Below, piece by piece: positions 1 through 9,399 of a stretch of 64,000 nucleotides of DNA; positions within the stretch are counted from its first letter, which is position 1; every line of letters starts with the position of its first letter. The stretch comes from Selaginella moellendorffii. Taxonomy: Eukaryota > Plantae > Lycopodiophyta. The position numbers and the translations under genes were made by a program. Location: NCBI RefSeq assembly GCF_000143415.4, contig NW_003314438.1, positions 83,934-147,933 on the forward strand, read 5' to 3'. The notes below the pieces were generated by a model, which did no database searches, was not told the DNA's origin, and saw only the letters and a program-made list of their open reading frames with translations.

Positions 1-1579
1 ACTCCGCCACCCACACGCAGCCCACTTGGCGTCCCGGGAGATTTCAGCGCCACTCTCCAACTGTAAGTGGCAGAGTAGCCTTGCTGCTACGATCCGCTGC
101 ACACATAGTGCACATTCGCCAGCGAGTCCGGTTGTCACGCCTCCATTCGGCTTCAAATGGTAAGTCTTTTAGGCCAAGTAGAAAATGGCATGAGGCCACA
201 TGCCATTCAGTAGCAACATTGGCATGCACCGATTGGGCTCTCGAGTGCAGTCCGGTTACAGATGGCGTGTAGCCTCACGCCATCTTAGGATGCAGCCTCA
301 AGACATCTGATGCAGTGGTGAATGGCGTGTGGCCTCACGTTATTTCCAGCTACTAGCTTTTCATCTGTCAGCTCTAATTGTTGTGCATTTCTGAACAGGC
401 GAGGAATTGCGTTCTTCTTCCAGCCACTGTCAATGTGGATGCAGAGAAGGGGGAGGAGCTCACCAGTTGGACTTTCGGGATGGAAGGCAAGGATCTGAGG
501 CTGTACAACACAGATGGTGGGAGAAAAGAATGCATGGGGATCCTCATCCAAGTGACAGACACTCCATGCAGTTCCATGCAAGAATATGGACTGGCACTTG
601 TGGTAGAGACAGTGTCTGCCTTCAAGATCCACCTTGCACATCCTAGCGGCTTCCCGGAGGGGGGCAGTGGCTATGAGGAATTCCTAGAGGGAGCTAGGGA
701 GAGGTTGTCCAGGAGGCCCACAATTTCAAAGACGCTGCGGGTCTATGAAGATCACATGGAATCCACGGACCTCACCTACGGCGATGTTCAAAAACTATAT
801 TCCAACATTGAGCCGTTGAGAGTGACTCCAGTTCGCAAAGCAAAGGGGAAGGGGGTTGATCTGGAAACTACCTCGAAGCAGAAAAGGGTGGTCAAGCTCA
901 AGCCGACGTCCGACTCTCCTGCTCCAAAAAAGAAGCTACTCAGTGATGCCATTGCCTCGGGTTCGAACACTACACCCACCAAAAAGAAGAGCCGCAAAGA
1001 GCAGAAAGAGCAAGAAGAGGCAGCAAAAATCGTCGCAGATAATAGTACTTGTTACTATTCCAACAAAGTATATACAATCGACGTGAGCCGTATCGACATC
1101 CAAAGCAAATACAACCACAGGCTAGTATCTGATGAGTGGGTGGAGAAATTGAAGCAGAAGATGCTGGCAAGTCCAGTAACACCCGACATCGCAGACGTGA
1201 TCCCCTACTACCAAAAAATGAAGGGCGAGATGAGGTTTCCAGACTTGATCAATAGGAAGGTGTTGGACGATCAGAACATCCGGTTCTATGCCGTCTCCGG
1301 GCAGCATTCTAGCTTGGCGATGCAAGAGATAGTTGTGGATATTATGGTGGGCGAGGAGGTGAAGAAAGTCTTCAAGACAAGAGTTGTCCGCCTGATAAAA
1401 GGCAACTCGCCCCTCCGATCTATCATATACATCTCCCACGCGCAGAATGTCAAGCAAGAAACGTGCTACAAATCGGGTCTGCACGAGACATTGGCACGAA
1501 CACGGAAGCTCTGGGTTCAACTGAAGAAGCCACAAAAACCAGGACAAGGACGTGCACTAGCAACTAGCGCCTGGCAGGT
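1..1579 (+). repeat. Truncated upstream copy of the palindrome-rich element (near-identical to 3228-4805)
   Basis: Bases 1-1579 align to 3228-4805 (offset 3227, then 3226 after a 1-bp indel near 4080). The ORF track gives almost identical translations. The copy breaks right after CAG|GT of the splice donor that sits at 4804 in copy 2. Confidence 0.95.
378..1577 (+). pseudogene. 5' half (N-terminal region plus ParB/Srx-like domain) of the element gene, truncated
   Basis: The 420-aa ORF 378..1640 joins, in one frame, the two ORFs that are frameshifted in copy 2 (3605..4312 and 4114..5973). It contains YTIDVSRI...HRLVSDEWVEKLKQKM...FYAVSGQHSSLA. Confidence 0.75.
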
Positions 1580-2706
1580 TGTCCGATCGAGATGCTTCTT
1601 TGCAGGGTCATCAAGAAGGACATTATATACCATTCTGTAAAATCTGGTTGCGATCTAACGGTTGGATCTCCAGGAAACTCAAAACAATCTCGCGCGTGTC
1701 AGAATATTCTAGGAATATACTCCTATGTGCTCCAAGATTATTCGCCGTGTAAAGGAATAATTATGCTGTGTCATTTATGGAAATATAAGGCCACACGCCA
1801 TTCAAAGAATAATGCTAGTCGTGCATTTTTTGGTGCATTTTTGGGTTCAAAATTACATGAGCCCACACGCTATAAAGTTTACCTGTACCAAAAATAGAAA
1901 CAGCTTTATTTATTTGGGAATTTAAGTGGTTGAGGCATTTTTAAACTTACAAACACATGCCCTACTTACATTCCTTTGGTTGCTTACATTCCTTTGGTTG
2001 CTAGCTTTCGTTTGTCCCCTTCACTAGCCTGAGATACATCTGCTCGGCATCTGCCTCTTACAGCATTTGCCCAGAAAGGGCATCTTTCTTCACGCAGCAT
2101 TTGCCACATGTTTAGGGTTTAGGGTTTAGGGTTTAGCAATTCAATAGCTTGATAAACATGCAAATACAGAACTTGATGCAAAATCCTTGGATATGTCACA
2201 ATGCCCCTAGGACCATAAACACATTTCAATAGAGAGGGTCCTTTCATTTCATAACTCCTTACGTAGATCTTGGTGAAACCAGAGTTAGTGAAGTTGGTTT
2301 CTTGTGATCCCGCATCTGATTGTGATGTCCCTTTGCAGTGTCGATGGAAAGGTCAATGCACACCAAACTGTAGAATCTTGGAGCAAAATAACGGTCGGAT
2401 CTATGGCAAATGCCCCTGAAACATTGTAAGGCTCGTGTGGTCGCATGTGGTGTCCGATCGAGATGCTTCTTTGCAGGGTCATCAAGAAGGACATTGTATA
2501 CCATTCTGTAAAATCTAGTTGCGATCTAACGGTTGGATCTCCAGAAAACTCAAAACAATCTCGCGCGTGTCAGAATATTCTAGGAATATACTCCTATGTG
2601 CTCCTGAAAATGGCATGCGGCCCCACGCCATTCAAGAGATAACGCCAAATGACGCCGAGCATTTTTTGGTGCATTTTTTGGGATCAAAATTGCATGAGCC
2701 CACATG
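1580..2706 (+). repeat. Direct repeat of ~260-290 bp (1580-~1870 and 2451-~2706), possible element terminus or subterminal repeat
   Basis: Both copies start TGTCCGATCGAGATGCTTCTTTGCAGGG, stay near-identical for ~150 bp, and then align with an indel through CACGCCATTCAA...CATGAGCCCACA. Confidence 0.85.
2111..2136 (+). repeat. Interstitial plant telomeric repeat (TTTAGGG)3 + TTTAG
   Basis: Read directly: tttagggtttagggtttagggtttag. Confidence 0.9.
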
Positions 2707-2837
2707 CTTGAACGTCATCCTCTGACAATTTATTTAGCTGAACATCTGGCATTTTTGGAAATATAAGATGCTTTGGAATATCCAATCATGCATGGTATAA
2801 ATATAGCGAGGGTATTAAATGATATCCCAATCATGAT

Positions 2838-3245
2838 CTTTCTTTTGGATTTCGCGTGCATGCAGTCCGAGGAATGATGACGTTGCGGATTTCTTTTGGA
2901 TTTCACGCATGCGCGCGCTGATCCAGAAATTAATGGTGGCGCCCAAGTCCGAGAAATGATGACGTGGCGGGATTACCAACCGTCGTGACATTTCGCGCGT
3001 GTGAGGTTAGGTTTTGCATTTTGCTTCGTACTCGCGCTCGCACACTCGCGCTCGCATCGCGCTCCCACTCGCGCTCCCACTTCTCTACAGGTTTCTCGTG
3101 TGCATCGGCGTCCACTCGCGCTTGCATCACACTCGCGCTCGCATCGCGCTCGTGTGCATCGGCGTCCACTTCAAGACACACCCAGTTTGTAACTTCGCCG
3201 CCAACTCCGCCGCCAACTCCGCCGCCCACTCCGCCACCCACACGC
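2838..3245 (+). repeat. GC-rich short tandem and dispersed repeats upstream of the element gene
   Basis: TTCTTTTGGATTTC x2, GTCCGAGRAATGATGACGT x2, ACTCGCGCTC(G/C)CA repeats, GTGTGCATCGGCGTCCACT x2, and a 12-bp (CCGCCAACTCCG)-type tandem, about 4 units, at 3195-3240. Confidence 0.75.
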
Positions 3246-3604
3246 AGCCCACTTGGCGTCTCGGGAGATTTCAGCGCCACTCTCCAACTGTAAGTGGCAG
3301 AGTAGCCTTGCTGCTACGATCCGCTGCACACACAGTGCACATTCGCCAGCGAGTCCGGTTGTCACGCCTCCATTCGGCTTCAAATGGTAAGTCTTTTAGG
3401 CCAAGTAGAAAATGGCATGAGGCCACATGCCATTCAGTAGCAACATTGGCATGCACCGATTGGGCTCTCGAGTGCAGTCCGGTTACAGATGGCGTGTAGC
3501 CTCACGCCATCTTAGGATGCAGCCTCAAGACATCTGATGCAGTGGTGAATGGCGTGTGGCCTCACGTTATTTCCAGCTACTAGCTTTTCATCTGTCAGCT
3601 CTAA

Positions 3605-6600
3605 TTGTTGTGCATTTCTGAACAGGCGAGGAATTGCGTTCTTCTTCCAGCCACTGTCAATGTGGATGCAGAGAAGGGGGAGGAGCTCACCAGTTGGACT
3701 TTCGGGATGGAAGGCGAGGATCTGAGGCTATACAACACAGATGGTGGGAGAAAAGAATGCATGGGGATCCTCATCCAAGTGACAGACACTCCATGCAGTT
3801 CCATGCAAGAATATGGACTGGCACTTGTGGTAGAGACAGCGTCTGCCTTCAAGATCCACCTTGCACATCCTAGCGGCTTCCCGGAGGGGGGCAGCGGCTA
3901 TGAGGAATTCCTAGAGGGAGCTAGGGAGAGGTTGTCCAGGAGGCCCACAATTTCAAAGACGCTGCGGGTCTATGAAGATCACATGGAATCCACGGACCTC
4001 ACCTACGGCGATGTTCAAAAACTATATTCCAACATTGAGCCGTTGAGAGTGACTCCAGTTCGCGAAGCAAAGGGGAAGGGGTCAATCTGGAAACTACCTC
4101 GAAGCAGAAAAGGGTGGTCAAGCTCAAGCCGACGTCTGACTCTCCTGCTCCAAAAAAGAAGCTACTCAGTGATGCCATTACCTCGGGTTCGAACACTACA
4201 CCCACCAAAAAGAAGAACCGCAAAGAGCAGAAAGAGCAAGAAGAGGCAGCAAAAATCGTCGCAGATAATAGTACTTGTTACTATTCCAACAAAGTATATA
4301 CAATCGACGTGAGCCGTATCGACATCCAAAGCAAATACAACCACAGGCTAGTATCTGATGAGTGGGTGGAGAAATTGAAGCAGAAGATGCTGGCAAGTCC
4401 AGTAACACCCGACATCGCAGACGTGATCCCCTACTACCAAAAAATGAAGGGCGAGATGAGGTTTCCAGACTTGATCAATAGGAAGGTGTTGGACGATCAG
4501 AACATCCGGTTCTATGCCGTCTCCGGGCAGCATTCTAGCTTGGCGATGCAAGAGATAGTTGTGGATATTATGGTGGGCGAGGAGGTGAAGAAAGTCTTCA
4601 AGACAAGAGTTGTCCGCCTGATAAAAGGCAACTCGCCCCTCCGATCTATCATATACATCTCCCACGCGCAGAATGTCAAGCAAGAAACGTGCTACAAATC
4701 GGGTCTGCACGAGACATTGGCACGAACACGGAAGCTCTGGGTTCAACTGAAGAAGCCACAAAAACCAGGACAAGGACGTGCACTAGCAACTAGCGCCTGG
4801 CAGGTAAGCCTCGTTGTATGTGGCATAGCATGTGGCCTCACGCCATTTCCATTGCAGGAATTCTCGAGTCTTCTCTCGAAACCACTGGGGGTCAATGACA
4901 CACTCAGCATCCATAACATTCTACTCGCGACAAAAGTTGTTTTTGACAAATGGGTAGATGTGCTGAGGAGGTACCATGACGGGGAGTTGCCAAACTCAAT
5001 GGGTGTGGAGGACGGCCGGAAGCCCAATGATTTGAAGCTCAACGCCTTGCGTTTCTCGTGGTCTCTAGACGACGACGACCTTCTGACAGTGGCTAATGCT
5101 CTTCTACGTGGTGAGGTTGTCTTCAACAAGACCAAAATGACTCCCGGCCATATTGTGACATACGAGGACTTGTGCACGACTCTGAGAGCTCGTGCGCTAT
5201 TGAAGGATTGGATCTTCGAGCAAGTGGCCGTGGAGAGGGTGAGCATCGACACCACGCAAGAGATGATGGAAGCGCTGGAGTTGTCAAATGAAGACATCGA
5301 CGAGTACGTGAAGGGGGCCCCCAAGTTCATCGATCTGCTGCGGGATGCCATGAAAAGTAAAGCTGAGAAGTTGGATCAGTATCCAAATTTCATTAAGATT
5401 GATGTCGACCGCCGGCTTCAGAAACAGCTCGACCCCACAGCAGAGGCCTATCGAGAACCTTACCGGGTATACTTGAATTCGGATGAGGATCAAAGGTGGA
5501 GGAGCATCGTTTCCCGCGGAGATGAGCAGGTCAAGAACATCTTTTGTGTGATGGACTTCACAAACGAGGAGATCACTCATGCAGACGAAGTCAGCTCCAT
5601 CATTGACTTAATGGTGGGACTTGCGGAGGTGGAATCTTCAGTCCACTATATGATCTACGACTCCGAATCCTATCACAAGTTCTGGAAGGCCTTGAATGAG
5701 GTGAAGGCTCGGTTGAAAGGCAAGGAGATGCGGGAGATCCATGGGATAATGGCTAAGAAGAAGATACCGACGAATGTCCGCATCTTCACACTCGCCCTTG
5801 TTATTGGTCCTGCAGCAGAGTGGGACTGGAGTGACTTCCCAGCTTCGTTCGACAAGGCCAATCGAATTGATCTGAGGGAGGTCAATTTACCCGTGCCTGA
5901 GGAACTGAAGACGGCTATGGAGCTTTCGAATCCAAAGAAAGCTCCAGGTGCAGCATGGGAAATGCTCAGCTAGGTCTTCAACGCAATAGCGGGTGGGTCA
6001 CCTGCTTCCGACTCCAAGGGCAAATGCGTTGTCGAGTACAACTGCGGCGGACTATTCTTTCGAGCCGCACTACTCAAGGGTGTCCCGTGTGTTGCGGTGA
6101 CAAACTCCATTGAAGAGGTGACTTCAATGGAGCATATAATTACAGTTGCCAAAGAAAAATAGTATCTTCTCTGCGAACCTGGTGAGTACGCACTTTAAGT
6201 TTAAATGTTATCTCACAAGCTCTGTATGCAGGAGCGTGGCCACCCCCAGATGCTGAAACGGCGTTAACAGCTACTGTTGAAGATACCCATGTTGGGCCGA
6301 GCTCACAACCTGCACAAGGTAAGGTCACGTGAGGCCTCACGCCATTTTGATTATAGATCGTTGTGAATATTCAGACACGAGGACTGAAAAGCGCACTGGT
6401 GGCGCATCGAAGAAGGACAAACAGAAAAGCAATAGGAAAAAAGGAGGTACAAATTATATTTGCAATGGCGTGTGGTCTCATGCCATTCCTTGCAGGAGAA
6501 ACTTCTTCAAAGGCAAAACAAGCAAGCACCAGCCAAGCTCAAACTGACAGTGGTCATAAAAAGCGAAAGCACGTTGGACAGTCGTCGAGATCAGAGGCGT

Positions 6601-9005
6601 TTGATTCGAAAAGGAAGAAGGGCAACGAAAAGATGATAGGTAATGCCTCGCGGTTATGGCGTGTGTGCTCATGCCATTCATTGCAGATCAAGGGCTGAGT
6701 GAAAGCAGGCAATCACCACCTCATGACTCAGATTCCTATGGCGGACTCCCCTTCCCCAATCTCAATGGAGAGGTACAATGGATGAGGGAAGCTTTTCAAG
6801 GCAGGGCCACGTTTTTCTCATCTCGTCGTCTTCGAAGGGTGCAAGAACGTGCAGAAACCATGTTAAGACAGTCGGGTGAGGATACGGTCCTAGGTCACGC
6901 ACTAAAACAGGCTATGGATGTCTTGTATTTTGAGATGGAGACTCGGCCAGATGATTTTCCCAAGATGGTCCTGGAAGAACAAGCCATCCAGCCTGAGCAG
7001 CCTATGGAAGAAATGCAGGAGGGGGATGAGGAGCCAGAGAAAGATAATGAGCAGGAAGAGCAGAAGGACGAAGAGGAGGACAAAGAAGAGGAGGACGAAG
7101 AAGAGGAGGACGAAGAGGACTTGGATGGTCCTCACAATGGTGACGATCACAATAACGACGACGACGATGATGACGACGATGGCCAGCCTGAGGTGGCCAA
7201 AGAGCGGCGGAGGAAGGTCATACAAGACAAACCATCAGGTAAATAATAATACATCCATTCCTAACCTTTTACCATATCTAACATTGTCCATGTAGGTCGC
7301 AGAGCAAATGGTAAGTAGAGATTATTCAGTTGAATTTACAAACTCTAGCCTTTAGTGTCGAGGAAGGATAGTGCCAAGCAAGGGTCGAAACGTATGTCCA
7401 ATCCTTCAGAATCAACAGTGCGCTCAAGTGATATCGGTCCTAGTTCCTCAATAGCAGTTGATGGTAAATACAGTATAGTCGATTCAATGTGCTAATGAGT
7501 TTGTTTTTAGTAGCACGGGAGGATACCATCTCAATCGAAGGGAGATATTTGGACATGCATATGGATCCGCCAGTGGACTCTACTTGGCTGCAAGAGTCAT
7601 CAGAGCTGGTGGAGGCTACTATCCATATCAACGCCAAGCAAGCTGACCACGCTCCACTTGATGCTGCCCATACCACTGAGTCAATCTTGTCCACGTATCC
7701 AACTGACGGTGACCAAGCGCCATTGGACCCACATGAGGCCGCCCCAGCCGCCAAGCCGGTCGTATCCTCATTTCCAACGGACTCAATGTGTGCCCAATCG
7801 TCTGACTACGCGCCGTTGGAACCTCCCTACACCGCCCCTGCTGCCTGTTCGGTCATGTCCACTTTGGCAACGGAGGCACCAGCTGAAATGGCGTGTGATC
7901 ACACGCCATCGGAACCACCCCATGCCACTGTTGAGCCAGTTGTACCAGAGTCTACAGCTGAAATGGCATGTGCCCACACGCCATCGGATGCGATTGACCC
8001 CACATTGCAGAGGAGAGTATTTCCGCCCTTCACGTTTCCTCGACCAAAACCCTCTCAACGACCATCGGGAGCAACATTCGCTAATATTGTAGATGGTAAA
8101 ATTGACTTGTACCATTTTTTATGCTGACGCATTTCATTTCAGAGTCACGGCGAAGGTACTGTATCGTTTTTGATCTGAACGGTGTCCTTTTCTCCCATGA
8201 GCGTGGCTCGTCCTCGAATGTCATTGCACCCTCCAAAGCCTGCGGTCGCAAGTTGGTCAAAAGAGACAGATTCACATTAATCACATGGGAGAAACTGCGG
8301 GATCTAATAATGACCATGCGACACTTAAAACAGAGGGCCGGGTTCAATTTGCAATTGGGAGTTTGGACATCCATGATGCGCCACAATGCATTAACGTTGC
8401 TACAGATGATGCACGATCAGACGCGAGTAATATTACCATTTGACTTTCTCCTAACGCAGGAGGATTGCTTGACTATGGTCCATGTGAGGGGTAGCAAGCC
8501 CATCTTCGTCAAGCCAGAGGCTGTAGTGATGAACCGGACTGCTAGCTCAAGTGAAATCCTCATCATCGATGACTCGCCGATTAAAACTGCAGCGAACACG
8601 CACACATATGCAGTGCACCCCATCTCTTGCAGTATGGAAACTAGGGAGAAGAAACCGTATGTTCTGGGGGACCTTGCAAAACGGCTTGGAGCGATGGTGA
8701 TAGAGAACCGGCCAGTCCAGGAGGTGGCTGCAGAAATCAACCAAATGGCAGATGGAACGGTATATCAGAAGCCATTTGATCGGACAGACACCAGTCATCA
8801 TTTATGGCATGTATATTGTCTAGCCAAGCACTATCCGCATCTCCATAATCTGCTCAATCGGATGGGTTCTTCGACCACTGAACATGAGCGTGGACGTATT
8901 AGAGAAGAGATGGCATTACTATTGGGTTTAAATCCTGATAGTGTGGAGAGTGATGAAATTCCAAGATTATTGTATAGGCGTTGGAGGCAAAAAATAACAG
9001 TCTGA
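3605..9005 (+). pseudogene. Multi-exon element gene: ParB/Srx-like domain + degenerate N4/N6 DNA-MTase-like fold + acidic tract + FCP1/NIF HAD phosphatase (~1,600 aa reconstructed; 1 frameshift and 2 TAG stops in this copy)
   Basis: Removing GT-AG introns 4804-4857, 6182-6231, 6319-6374, 6447-6495, 6640-6686, 7239-7295, 7311-7355, 7464-7510 and 8096-8142 (the last eight all phase 1) gives one continuous frame to the stop at 9005. Motifs: SGQHS..A; NPKKAP...KGKCVVEYNCGGLFFRAALLKGVPCVAV; CIVFDLNGVL...VWTS...ILIIDDSP. Lesions: 1-bp deletion near 4080, TAG at 5971 and at 6160. The 5' end is uncertain. Confidence 0.65.
8143..9005 (+). CDS. Terminal exon encoding an FCP1/NIF-like HAD phosphatase domain
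   Basis: HAD motif I variant FDLNGVL, motif II VWTS, motif IV ILIIDDSPIK, and FDFLLTQEDC...KPIFVK as in plant/fungal FCP1-homology proteins. Confidence 0.75.
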
Positions 9006-9399
9006 GATGGCATGTATTTATTTAAAAATGTAACTTATTATGGCATGGGGTTCCATGCCATTGTCTAATATTAAAAGACAATTCTTTGAGAGGATTTGCA
9101 TTATACTAGAAGTGTTACAGCATGTTATGGAAGTCTACGAAGTTGTTTTATTAATAATGGGAAAGTAAAGATTGAATGGGGACTTGGGCTCCACCTAGAC
9201 TCGGAGCAACTGAGCCAATATTAAAAGGATGGAAAGAAATTGGACGACGATGACAAGGAGAAGAGAGAGGTGAAGCAGTGGCAGAGGGAGGAGAAGTGAT
9301 TGAGTAGACATTTCCTTGTTTAAAATAAAATGGCATGTGCCTCAATGCAGTTGAATTTTGTTATATTTATATACTATATAAAGGTTTGGAAACCTTATT

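Larger units (their letters stand above)
185..9061. repeat. Dispersed 22-bp palindrome family ATGGCRTG-N6-CAYGCCAT (14 full or near-full copies)
   Basis: Copies start at 185, 262, 322, 2610, 3412, 3489, 3549, 4825, 6324, 6465, 6656, 7888, 7963 and 9040. Degenerate or half sites lie near 1790, 1860, 9007 and 9330. The copy at 7888-7909, ATGGCGTGTGATCACACGCCAT, is a perfect palindrome. Confidence 0.92.

Noticed and set aside
1580-2706. LTR pair or TRIM call for the TG-starting direct repeats
   Set aside because: No matching CA ends, PBS, PPT or TSD could be identified. Kept only as a direct repeat.
2930-3499. Overlapping ORFs on both strands as genes
   Set aside because: They arise from GC-rich short tandem repeats. 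At most part of one is an uncertain 5' exon.
5971-6162. Programmed readthrough or RNA editing of the TAG stops
   Set aside because: Plant editing is organellar, and CAG-to-TAG decay in a methylated TE is the simpler explanation.
6902-7225. Hydrophobic minus-strand ORF resembling a membrane protein
   Set aside because: It is the antisense shadow of the Glu/Asp-rich exon.
185-9061. CRISPR-like array interpretation of the palindromic repeats
   Set aside because: Spacing is irregular (60 bp to more than 2 kb), the repeats lie in introns and exons, there are no cas genes, and the context is eukaryotic.
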